Assembly (NCBI RefSeq): GCF_039654945.1
Contig: NW_027361696.1
Location: 11,904,001-11,968,000 of the forward strand
Length of the DNA stretch: 64,000 nt
Source of the DNA: Dendrobates tinctorius
Lineage: Eukaryota
Direction of reading: 5' to 3'
A program made the translations under genes and the position numbers. This document shows, one piece after another, positions 11,800 through 22,689 of the stretch (positions are counted from its first letter, which is position 1; each line of letters begins with the position of its first letter). The notes beneath the pieces were generated by a model. That model saw nothing but the letters and a program-made list of their open reading frames with translations, had not been told where the DNA came from and did not search any database.

Positions 11800-14700
11800 T
11801 GCCTGTAGTGTTTGGGGTATGATGGTTCATTATAGCCCATGGGGTCGCCTGTAGTGTTTAGGGGGTGACAAAACTTGTTGCGCATAGGGACACCTGTAGT
11901 GATAGGTCCGTAGCGCTAGAAGATGTCTGTAGTGGGTTTTTTTTTTTTGGGGGGGGGGGTGGGTGACTGGTCTTGTAGTCCCTGGGGACACCTGTAGTGT
12001 TTGGGGGCTGACTGTTCTGGTAGTCCCCGGGGATGCCTGGAGTGTTTGAGGAGTGACTATTATTGTCATTTTTAGGAGATTACTGTTCTTGTAGTGTTTG
12101 GGGGGGTGACTGTTCTTGTAGTTCCCGGAGATTTCTGTAGTGCTTGGAGGGTGACAGTTCTTGTAGTTTTTAGGGGGTTACTGTTCTTGTAGTGTTCCCT
12201 GGGATACCTGTAGTGTTTGGAGGGTGACTATTCTTTTAATGTTATTGTAGTCCCTGGGGACACTTGTAGTGTTTGGAGGGTGACTGTTCTTGTAGTTCCC
12301 AGTTACGCCTGTAGTGTTTGAGGGGTGACATTGTAGTTTTTAGGGGGTTATTGTTATTGTTGTGTTTGGGGGGTAACTATTCTTTCAATGTTAGTGTTTA
12401 CAGGATGACTGTTCTTGTAGTTCCCTGAAACGCTTATACTTGTTTGGGAGAGGGGAACTGTTCTTTTAATGTTAGTGTTTGGGGGGTAACTGTTCTTGTA
12501 GTGTTTAGGAGGGTGACTGTTCTTGTAGTTCCCTGGGACACCTGTACTGTTTGAGGGGTGATTGTTCTTGTAGTCCCTGGGGACACTTGTAGTGTTTTGA
12601 GGATGACTGTTCTTGTAGTTCCCAGGAACGCCTGTTGTGCTTTGGGGGTGTGTGACTATTTTTGTAGTGTTTGGGAGGTGACTCTGATGGTAATCCCTGG
12701 GGGCGCCTGTAATGTTTGGGGGGGTGGCGATTCTTGTAGTGCCCGGGGATGCCTGTAGTATATAGGGAGGTGACTGTTCTTGTAGTCCCCAGTGACGTGT
12801 TTATGAGGTAACTGTTCTTGTAGTGTTTGTGGGTGTGACTGTTCTTGTAGTGTTTGGGGGGGGGTGACTGTTCTTGTTGTCCCCGGGGACACCTGTAGTG
12901 TTTGGAGGAGTGACTGTTCTTGTAGTATTTGGGGGGTGACTTCTTGTAGTGTTTGGGGGGGTGACTGTTCTTGTCCCAGGGGACACCTGTAGTGTTTGAG
13001 GGAGTAACTGTTCTTATATTGTTTGAGGGAGTGACTGTTCTTATATTGTTTGGGGGAGTGACTGTTCTTGTAGTGTTTGGAGGGGGTGACTGTTCTTGTA
13101 GTGTTTGGGAGGTGACTGTTCTTGTAGTTCCCAGGGACACCTATAGTGCTTGAGGAGTGGCTGTTATTGTAGTTCTTAGGGAGTTACTGTTCTTGTAGTG
13201 TTTGGGAGGTAACTATTCTTTAATAATAGTGTTTAGGGGATGACTGTTCTTGTAGTGTTTGGGGGGGTGACTGTTCTTGTAGTGATTTGGGTAGTGACTG
13301 TTCTTGTAGTGGTTGGGGGAGTGACTGTTCTTGTAGTGTTTGGGGGAGTGACTGTTCTTGTAGTGTTTGGGGGTGACTGTTCTTGTAGTGTTTGGGGTTA
13401 ACTATTATTTTAATATTAGTGATTAAGGGATGGCTGTTCTTGTAGTGTTTGGGGGATGACTGTTCTTGTTGTCCCCAGGAAGTAGTGTTTGGGGGGTCAC
13501 TATTCTTGTAGTGTTTGGGGGGTCACTATTCTTGTAGTGTTTGGGGGGTCACTGTTCTTGTAGTGTTTGGGGGGTCACTGTTCTTGTAGTGTTTGGGGGT
13601 GACTGCTCTTGTAGTGTTTGGGGGTAACTGTTCTTGTAGTGTTTAAGGGGTGACTGTGATTGTAGTTCCCTGGGACATCTGTAATGTGACTGTTCTTGTA
13701 GCCTTTCGGGGTGACTGTTCTTGTAGTTCACAGGGACACCTTTAGTGTTTGAGGGGTGACTGTTATTGTAGTTTTTAGGGAGTTACTGTTCTTGTAGTGT
13801 TTGGGGGGTAACTATTCTTTAATAATAGTGTTTAGGGGATGACTGTTCTTGTAGCGTTTAGGGGGGTGACTTCTTGTAGGGTTTGGGGGGGTGACCGTTC
13901 TTGTAGTGTATGGGGGGTGACTGTTCTTGTAGTGTTTGGGGGATGACTGTTCTTGCTGTCCCCAAGGACACAAAGTAGTGTTTGGGGGGGGGGGTCACTG
14001 TTCTTGTAGTGTTTGGGGGGGTGACTGTTCTTGTAGTGTTTGGGGGGGTGACTGTTCTTGTAGTGTTTGGGGGGGTGACTGTTCTTGTAGTGTTTAGGGG
14101 GTGACTGCTCTTGTAGTGTTTAGGGGGTAACTGCTCTTGTAGTTCCCTGGGACACCTGTAATGTGACTGTTCTTGTAGACTTTCGGGGTGACCTTGTAGT
14201 TCACAGGGACACCTTTAGTGTTTGAGGGGTGACTGTTATTGTAGTTTTTAGGGAGTTACTGTTCTTGTAGCGTTTGGGGGGTAACTATTCTTTTAAAATT
14301 AGTGTTTAGGGGATGACTGTTCTTGTAGCGTTTGGGGGGGTGACTGTTCTTGTAGTGTTTGGGGGGTGACCGTTCTTGTAGTGTTTGGGGGGTGACCGTT
14401 CTTGTAGTGTTTGGAGGATGACTGTTCTTGTTGTCCTCAAGGACACAAGTAGTGTTTGGGGGGTCACTGTTCTTGTTGTGTTTGGGGGGGGTGACTGTTC
14501 TTGTAGTGTTTGGGGGGAGACTGTTCTTGTAGTGTTTGGGGGTGACTGTTCTTGTGTTTAGGGGTGACTGTTCTTGTAGTGTTTAGGGGGTGACTGTTCT
14601 TGTAGTTCCCTGGGACACCTGTAATGTGACTGTTCTTGTAGCCTTTCGGGGTGACTGTTCTTGTAGTTCACAGGGACACCTTTAGTGTTTGAGGGGTGAC

Positions 14701-15410
14701 TGTTATTGTAGTTTTTAGGGAGTTACTGTTCTTGTAGTGTTTGGGGGGTAACTATTCTTTAATATTAGTGTTTAGGGGATGACTGTTCTTGTAGTGTTTG
14801 GGGGGGTGACTGTTCTTGTAGTGTTTGGGGGGTGACCGTTCTTGTAGTCTTTGGGGGGCTGACTGTTCTTGTAGCGTTTGGGGGGGTGACTAGTCTTTTA
14901 TTAGTGATTAGGGGATGACTGTTCTTGTAGTGTTTAGGGGGGCGACTGTTCTTGTTGTCCCTGGGGACATCTGTAGTGTTTGAGCGGGGTGACTGTTCTT
15001 GTAGCGTTTGGGGGAGGTGACTGTTCTTGTAGTGTTTGTGGGGTGACTGTTCTTGTAGTTCCCAGGGACGTCTGTAGTGTTTGAAGGGTGACTGTTATTG
15101 TAGTTTTTAGGGGGTTACTGTTCTTGTAGTGTTTGCGGGTAACTATTCTTTTAATATTAGTGTTTAAGGGATGACTGTTCTTGTAGTGTTTGTGGGGGTG
15201 ACTGGTCTTGTTGTCGCCAGGGACACCTGTAGTGTTTGGGGGGGTGACTGTTCTCATAGTCCCTGAGGACACCTGTAGTGTTTGGGGGTGGCTGTTCTTG
15301 TAGTCCCTGGGGACACCTGTAGTGTTTGGGGGGGTGACTGTTCTTGTATTTCCTGAGGACATCTGTAGTGTTTTGGGTGGCAACTGTTCTTTTAATCTTA
15401 GTGTTTGGTT
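11800..15410. repeat. G/T-rich ~27-bp minisatellite (gtgactgttcttgtagtgtttgggggg) in LDLRAD2 intron 4
   Basis: More than 100 degenerate copies with ~470-bp higher-order blocks (about 13680, 14160, 14620); array edge also visible at 8757-8816. Confidence 0.95.
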
Positions 15411-16040
15411 TATACGTTCCAAACACCACCATGGTTTGTTTTGTTTTGTTTTTTTGCAGCATTTGCAGAAAAAATGTTTAATCTTCCGAAACGGCAGTAA
15501 AAATGCTGTAGTTTATCCATGATTTCAGAGTCACAGTGAACACACCAAGTCTTGTGGGACCCACGTGAATTCCTGGCTGGAGGCATGTGGGAGATGACAC
15601 AGCATCGGTGACACCCACTCACATCCATCATCCATGCGGCACTGGCTGCTCCTGTGCTACGTGTGTTGCACCACGCTGACTGACCATTACTAACTCCTAT
15701 ACTATGTTAGTAGGTGGACGTCCAATACTCAAAGAACCACAAGCACCAGCAAACCCCTGGTTACTGCCACTGACTGGTGACTGCAAAATAAGGCCCAGGC
15801 ATCATCAGCCGCTGATGGACCATCCATGTACTACAGGCAGCACCTAATGTCTCAGGGACAGATGGTCAGACATGATAACATGCAACATGTGCGATCCGTG
15901 TCCCTTCTGACTGATGAGACAGACAGGTGTCCACGTATACCCACGAGTATATGTGCGATCCGTGTCCCTTCTGACTGATGAGACAGACAGGTGTCCACGT
16001 ATGCCCACGAGTATATGGACCCTCAGTAAATGTCAGGTAC

Positions 16041-16193
16041 CTAAGCTGGAGCCATGAGGTTGGACGTCTGGAACAAGCGGCTTCTGATTTGCCTCATTCC
16101 CACAGGTGAGATTTCCCGCCAGCACCTGCAGATCTGGTACAGTAGTCGTGCCGGGGTTTTTGGCTTCAGCTGGAGTTCTGGTGCCCATGGTAC
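16041..16193 (-). CDS. LDLRAD2: LDLRAD2 exon 4 (Thr/Pro-rich stalk): GTMGTRTPAEAKNPGTTTVPDLQVLAGNLTCGNEANQKPLVPDVQPHGSSL
   Basis: gattggcag acceptor and tag|gtacct donor; 153 nt, phase 1-1, open. Sequence is poorly conserved so the boundaries are inferred. Confidence 0.6.
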   Translation of the reverse strand, partial: VPWAPELQLKPKTPARLLYQICRCWREISPVGMRQIRSRLFQTSNLMAPA

Positions 16194-16289
16194 CTGCCAA
16201 TCGTACACATGAGGAACAGTGAGGGTCCGATCTGTTAACAGGGGAGGGAGGTACATCTGGCATCTTTCTCTGAGGTGCTCAGCACCATT

Positions 16290-16690
16290 CACAACACATG
16301 CAGGAGACATAAGGGACCTTCGTCTTTCATCCCAGCAGGTCAGAGACATGAGGGACCCCCATTCTTCCTTGTCAGACCCAGGCGGGTCAGAACAGAGACA
16401 TGAGGGACCACCATCCTTCCTCGTCATTCCACTGCGGGTTAGAGCAGAGACATGAGTGACCCTCCGTCCTTCCTCAGAGCCCGGCTGGTCAGAGCAGAGA
16501 CATGAGGGACCCCCATCCTTCCTTGTCAGACCCTGGTGGGTCAGAGCAGAGACATGAGGAACCCCCATCCTTCCTCCTTAGACCCCAGTGAGTCAGAACA
16601 GAGACATGAGGGTCCCCCATTGTTCCTCCTCAGACCCCGGCGGGTCAGAGCAGAGACATGAGGGACCCCCGTTCTTCCTCCTCAGACCCT
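16290..16690. repeat. ~53-bp tandem repeat (gtcagagcagagacatgagggacccccatccttcct) in LDLRAD2 intron 3
   Basis: About 7 degenerate copies. Confidence 0.9.
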
Positions 16691-16737
16691 GGAAGTGTGC
16701 CACCAATGATCCCTCCAGTCAGACACAGAGCGCTCAC

Positions 16738-16914
16738 CTGTGCCGCCGCTTCTTCTGTTCGTGGAGACGCAGTTGGCTGGGGGTCCGCTGGCCTGATCGC
16801 TGCCATCTCCACAGTTATCGATGTTCTGAGGGTCACAAACCAGGCTGTCCGGGACACATTTACCATTATGGCAGGAGAAGTACGGCTCTGACCGGCACTC
16901 CGAGATGTTGAAGC
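16738..16914 (-). CDS. LDLRAD2: LDLRAD2 exon 3 (LDL-receptor class A repeat): GFNISECRSEPYFSCHNGKCVPDSLVCDPQNIDNCGDGSDQASGPPANCVSTNRRSGGT
   Basis: gctttccag acceptor and cag|gtgagc donor; 177 nt, phase 1-1; six-Cys LDLa pattern. Confidence 0.95.
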
Positions 16915-17027
16915 CTGGAAAGCACCAAGTCGTTAGTGGTGTGAATGCTTCCATGTTGCCGGCGCTCCTGGGGTCAATAACGATCCGGACATGTAACCGA
17001 GGAGGAACCTGCGATAACTGCACTCAC

Positions 17028-17480
17028 CTACTCGAAAGGAGGTGAAGTCTCCCACAAAGTCCACTCTGGGCTGCTGCCCGCGGGTCACCAGGCGCAGGGT
17101 CAGGTAGGCTCCGGTGGACAGGACGGGCCGGGGGATCGTTTTACCACAAAGTGGGAAGCCCAACGGCTCAGCATGGAGGTCTTTGCCATTGTAGAACTGG
17201 ATGTAGGAGCCGGCATTACAGGGGTCACTATGGGTTCCTGGGGGCCGCCTGGTGTCCTGGGAGGGTGAAGCACGGGCACTGCCATTGGACATCCGCAGGA
17301 GGCTATACACCAGGAAGAAGCGGAACTGGAACTGAATCTTGTCCTTCAGGGCGGCCGCCCGCATGGTCACATGGCAGTCGGTACCTGTTTCCACAAAGTA
17401 GTACTTCCGGGATTCGGCGTGTGAGCGAACAATCATCCCATCTCCCCCGACCGTCTGTCCGCAGAGTTCCACCATGCTGA
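17028..17480 (-). CDS. LDLRAD2: LDLRAD2 exon 2 (CUB-like domain): VSMVELCGQTVGGDGMIVRSH...FQFRFFLVYSLL...LRLVTRGQQPRVDFVGDFTSFRVG
   Basis: ccctctgcag acceptor and tag|gtgagt donor; 453 nt, phase 1-1; strong similarity to recalled LDLRAD2 (ELCGQT, FQFRFFLVYSL, RLVTRG.QPRVDFVG). Confidence 0.95.
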
Positions 17481-17984
17481 CTGCAGAGGGACATGACACA
17501 GCGGTTATTACATATATATGACGGCAGACCGGCAGTAAGCGCCCCCCACCGAGAAGAAAGAAACGGCAAACCCCTTACCACCCATCCCCCTCACACCTGG
17601 GCTCCGACCAGGCGTCTTCTGACCGCAGGTTGTCATGCCAGAATCAAGGTGAAAACATGATGTTTCATGCACAACCAGCACCGCAGCATTCAGGCCAGCA
17701 CCGACAGTGTAATAGACCCCGCAGCTGTGCAGGATGAGACTGAGGAAGAGACCGAACTTAAAACCCAGAATAGAGGGAGGCGTGCAGCTGCCATGACAGG
17801 TGAAGAAACGAGCCGTGTGCAGCCACGCTCCATCAGGCAGGTGACGCCTCGTCCTTTAACCCAGTGTCATCGTGGCCTCTGGAGAATTTCCAGCCTCCCC
17901 TTTTACTGCCTCGGTCTCCAGGCAGACATGGCCCTGAATCTGGGGAGACGAAAGGCCAAAGTATAGAAACCACGAAGCCCAACA

Positions 17985-20530
17985 ATGAAGGCGGAGAACC
18001 GGACGCTGGAGGAGAGGAGCCGGAGAATGGAGACGAGGAACCGGACGCTGAAAGAGAGAAGTCGGTTAATGGAGGCGAGGAGTCAGACGCTGGAGGACAG
18101 CAGCCGGATGCTGAAAGAGAGGAGCCGGAGAATGGAGGCAAGGTGCCGGACGCTGAAAGAGAGGAGCTGGAGGAGAGGAGCCAGAGAATGGAGGTGAGGA
18201 GCCGGACGCTGAAAGCGAGGAAATGAGCTGGAGGCAAGCAGCCAGACATTGGAGGCACGGACAATAATGGACACGAGGACAGAAGACTGGGGCAAGGAAT
18301 TGCATCCATGCTGCATGACTAAGGAGAATGAAGGCGAGGAATTGGACGCTGGAGTAGAGGAGCCAGAGAATGGTGATGAGGAATCGGACGCTGGAAGAGA
18401 GAAGCCAGTTAATGGAGGCGAGGAGCTAGACGCTGGAGGAGAGGAGCCAGACGCTGGAGGAGAGGAGCCGGACGCTGAAAGAGAGGAGCCGGAGAATGGA
18501 GGCAAGGAGCCGGACGCTGAAAAAGGAGCTGGAGGAGAGGAGCCAGAGAATGGAGATGAGGAGCCGGACGCTGAAAGCGAGGAGCCGGACGCTGGAGGAA
18601 ATGAGCTGGAGGCAAGCAGCCAGACACTGGAGGCACGGACAATAATGGACACGAGGACAGAAGACTGGGGCAAGGAATTGCATCCATGCTGCATAACTAA
18701 GGAGAATGAAGGCAAGGAATTGGACGCTGGAGTAGAGGAGCCAGAGAATGGTGACGAGGAACCGGACGCTGGAAGAGAGAAGCCAGTTAATGGAGGCGAG
18801 GAGCTAGACGCTGGAGGAAAGGAGCCGGAGAATGGAGGCAAGGAGCCAGACGCTGAAAGAGAGGAACCGGAGAATGGAGGCGAGGAGCCGGACGCTGGAG
18901 GAGGGGAGCCGGTCGCTGGAGGAGAGGAGCCAGAGCGCTGAAACAGAGGAGCAGGATGCTGGAGGAGAGGAGCCGGACGCTGAAAGAGAGGATCTGGAGG
19001 AGAGGAGACAGAGAATGAAGGAGAGGAGACGGAGAATGGAGGCAAGGAGCCGGACGCTGAAAGAGAGGAACCGGAGAATGGAGGCGAGGAGCCGGACGCT
19101 GGAGGAGAGGAGCCGGAGAATGGAGGCGAGGAGCCGGACGCAGGAGGAGAGGAGCCGGTCGCTGGAGGAGAGGAGCCAGAGCGCTGAAACAGAGGAGCAG
19201 GATGCTGGAGGAGAGGAGCCGGACGCTGAAAGAGAGGATCTGGAGGAGAGGAGACAGAGAATGGAGGCAAGGAGCCGTACGCTGAAAGAGAGGAACCGGA
19301 GAATGGAGGCGAGGAGCCGGACGCTGGAGGAGAGGAGCCGGTCGCTGGAGGAGAGGAGCCAGAGCGCTGAAACAGAGGAGCAGGATGCTGGAGGAGAGGA
19401 GCCGGACGCTGAAAGAGAGGATCTGGAGGAGAGGAGACAGAGAATGAAGGAGAGGAGACGGAGAATGGAGGCAAGGAGCCGGACGCTGAAAGAGAGGAAC
19501 CGGAGAATGGAGGCGAGGAGCCGGACGCTGAAAGAGAGGAACCGGAGAATGGAGGCGAGGAGCCGGACGCTGGAGGAGAGGAGCCGGTCGCTGGAGGAGA
19601 GGAGCCAGAGCGCTGATACAGAGGAGCAGGATGCTGGAGGAGAGGAGCCGGACGCTGAAAGAGAGGATCTGGAGGAGAGGAGACAGAGAATGAAGGAGAG
19701 GAGACGGAGAATGGAGGCAAGGAGCCGGACGCTGAAAGAGAGGAACCGGAGAATGGAGGCGAGGAGCCGGACGCTGGAGGAGAGGAGCCAGAGCGCTGAA
19801 ACAGAGGAGCAGGATGCTGGAGGAGAGGAGCCGGACGCTGAAAGAGAGGATCTGGAGGAGAGGAGACAGAGAATGAAGGAGAGGAGACGGACGCTGAAAG
19901 CGAGGAGCTGGAGGAGAGGAGCCGGAGAATGAAGGCGAGGAGCCAGACGCTGAAGGCGAGGAGCCGGACGCTGGAGGAGAGGAGCCGGTCGCTGGAGGAG
20001 AGGAGCCAGAGCGCTGAAACAGAGGAGCAGGATGCTGGAGGAGAGGAGCCGGACGCTGAAAGAGAGGATCTGGAGGAGAGGAGACAGAGAATGAAGGAGA
20101 GGAGACGGAGAATGGAGGCAAGGAGCCGGACGCTGAAAGAGAGGAACCGGAGAATGGAGGCGAGGAGCCGGACGCTGGAGGAGAGGAGCCGGTCGCTGGA
20201 GGAGAGGAGCCAGAGCACTGAAACAGAGGAGCAGGATGCTGGAGGAGAGGAGACAGAGAATGAAGGAGAGGAGACAGACGTTAAAAGCGAGGAGCTGGAG
20301 GAGAGGAGCCGGAGAATGAAGGCGAGGAGCCGGACGCTGAAGGCGAGGAGCAGGATGCTGGAGGAGAGGAGCCGGACACTGAAAGAGAGGAGCTGGAGGA
20401 GAGGAGCTGGAGAATGAAGGCGAGGAGCCAGACGCTGAAAGCGAGGAGCCGGACGCTGGAGGAAAGGAGCTGCAGGCAAGCAGCCAGACACTGGAGGCAC
20501 GGACAATAATGGACACGAGGACAGAAGATT
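17985..20530. repeat. Purine-rich 21-bp-based minisatellite (gacgctggaggagaggagccg) with higher-order blocks
   Basis: Tandem 21-mers and variants; diagnostic block ggcaagcagccagaca...ggacaataatggacacgagg at about 18233, 18611 and 20476. Confidence 0.95.
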
Positions 20531-20789
20531 CGTGTGCCACGTTGCAAGCAGAAGACGACTGTGGCTTGTGGCCCCAGCTCCGCTCAGGACATATCGTCCT
20601 TCCGTGGACCGGCCCCCGCCTCGAGGACGGCCTCATGGTCCAGACTGATGGTTGGGGCCCGTTCACACACCCAGTGCCGGCTTCTCATCCACCATTGTTT
20701 TTTCTGGCCGTTTTCCTGCGTTGCTCATTTTTCATTCCCATTAGATAAGTCATCCATGAGATAAAAATGAAAAAAGGCAATAGGGATCG

Positions 20790-21065
20790 GTCGATGCCGG
20801 GGACCCCACAATAGGGTCTAGCGATACCAAGGACCCACACAATAGGGCCCAAACGATACCAGGGACCCCATAATATGGCCCGGCCAATACCAAGGACCAT
20901 CACAATAGAGTCCGGCTGATACCAGGGACCCACAGAATAGGGTCCGGCTGATACCAGGGACCTACAATAGGGTCGGTGACACCAGGACCCACACAATAGG
21001 GCCTGAACGATACCAAGGATCATCTATAATAGAATCCGGCCGATACCAGGGACCCACACAATAGG
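20790..21065. repeat. ~32-bp tandem repeat (gataccagggacccacaatagggtccggc)
   Basis: About 8 degenerate copies. Confidence 0.85.
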
Positions 21066-21409
21066 ACCCTACAGGACTGCCGCCAATACATCATGGCTCC
21101 ATCACGAGGGACAGGATCTATCATTCTACAGGAAACAACCTAGGGACCTCGGCCCCAGTTGGAAGAATACAGATCTGCTCCATTGACCATCACTGAACCA
21201 TGGTTATGTTTGGAGAAAGCCTGGATTGGGACCCGCTGGTCGCCTGACTCTATCGAGATGTTTGGAGAAGCCAGGTTGTGACCCTCGGGTCAACTGGCCT
21301 TGTACCTTAATGGACTCTCATCTTCCTATGCTTGTCGTTACCTCCTCTCTGTGTGCGTGCCAAAGATGGGGTAGTCGACCCTGGAAGCTCTGACATAACA
21401 GCTGAGTAC

Positions 21410-21840
21410 TGTGGGAGGGGTTATACAGAGTGTGCTGGGCGGGGTTATGCAGAAGGGCTGTGGGCATGGTTATACAGAGTGCTCTGGGTGCAGTTATTCA
21501 GAGTGCTGTGGGTGGGTTTATACAAAGTATTCTGGACGGGGTTATACAGAGTGCTCTGGGTGGGGTTATACGGAGTGCTCTGGGCAGGCTTTTTTCAGAG
21601 TGCTTTGGGTGCGGTCATACAGAGTGCTGTGGGATGAGTTATACAAAGTGCTCTGGGTGGGTTTATAGAGTGCTGTTGGCAGGTTATACAGAGCGTTGTG
21701 GGCGGGGTTTTACAGCGCACTGTGGGTGGGGTAATACAGAGCACTGTGGGTGGAGTTATAGAGTGCTGTTGGAGGGGTTATACAGAGTGCTGTGGGCGGG
21801 GTTATACAGAGTGCTGTGGGTGGCATAATAAAGAGTGCTG
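21410..21840. repeat. ~22-bp tandem repeat (gggttatacagagtgctgtgggc)
   Basis: About 19 degenerate copies. Confidence 0.9.
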
Positions 21841-22689
21841 GGGGATCTGCAGGAGTGAAAACACGGATTTTATCAAAACTGCAGCAAGCGGCTCAGTAAG
21901 TGACACATCGCTGGAATCAGTGTATCCGCCCCAACACCATGCTGTTCTGAGATGGGGAGTGAAAACTTGGTGACAGATTTCTTTATATATCAAATTAGTT
22001 TCATTATACGGTTGTGTAAATATTATCTAGTTAGCACTATCCATAATATCGCCATATATGATACCGCCATATATTATACCACATCCACTCAAGTTGAGAG
22101 CTTCAACTTCCACCTGAGTGACACAACCCAGGGACAGAGCAGAAGACCACAGAATGTACCGTGCTGCAATAATGTATCACACAGCACAGTATATACAGGA
22201 CAGAGATCAGATACCGCGTGTCACACACTCCAGAATTTGAGCAGTGGACAGAGGAGGACAGTGGACTCCTGACGACCGACAGCGAAAATCCACAAAAAAT
22301 CAAGCAACGACACAAAGCAGCCAAAGATCTAGAAATCACTGACAACATCTGTGGAGGAGAAAAAAATCAAAGTGTCGGAAACGGAATAAAATCTTCAAAA
22401 CAAAGAAGTAAAATTCCTGGTGGTAAACGAGAAAACGTCAGAGAGGAAGGAACAGCCCAGGATCAGCGAGGGCAGCGAAGAAACCAGGACAAAGTACTGA
22501 AAACAAGGGCTGACCAATCATCAGACGGCAGAAGCTACCCAAGTGTGCAACAACGAAAGAAGCCAGAGAATAGCAGATACGAGTGTGAAGAACAGTGTCA
22601 GGTCTGGAACCATAATACACAGGAGCAACAGGAATAATAAGTAACGGAGCAAGGCCGAAATATGGACAGAGGGGCACCACTCCGCATCA

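Noticed and set aside
15885-16018. Duplicated 64-bp unit containing CTGATGAG (hammerhead core-like)
   Set aside because: No downstream GAAA or stem II geometry; simple tandem duplication
16041-16231. Alternative exon 4 from the taacag acceptor (DRTLTVPHVYDWQ...APA*)
   Set aside because: In phase but terminates at 16041 with an implausible composition; the downstream acceptor keeps the frame open to the TM exon. Not formally excluded
18083-20666. 807-aa and 620-aa Ser/Pro-rich minus-strand ORFs
   Set aside because: The C/T-rich repeat strand lacks stop codons in several frames; no domain, and it lies in LDLRAD2 intron 1
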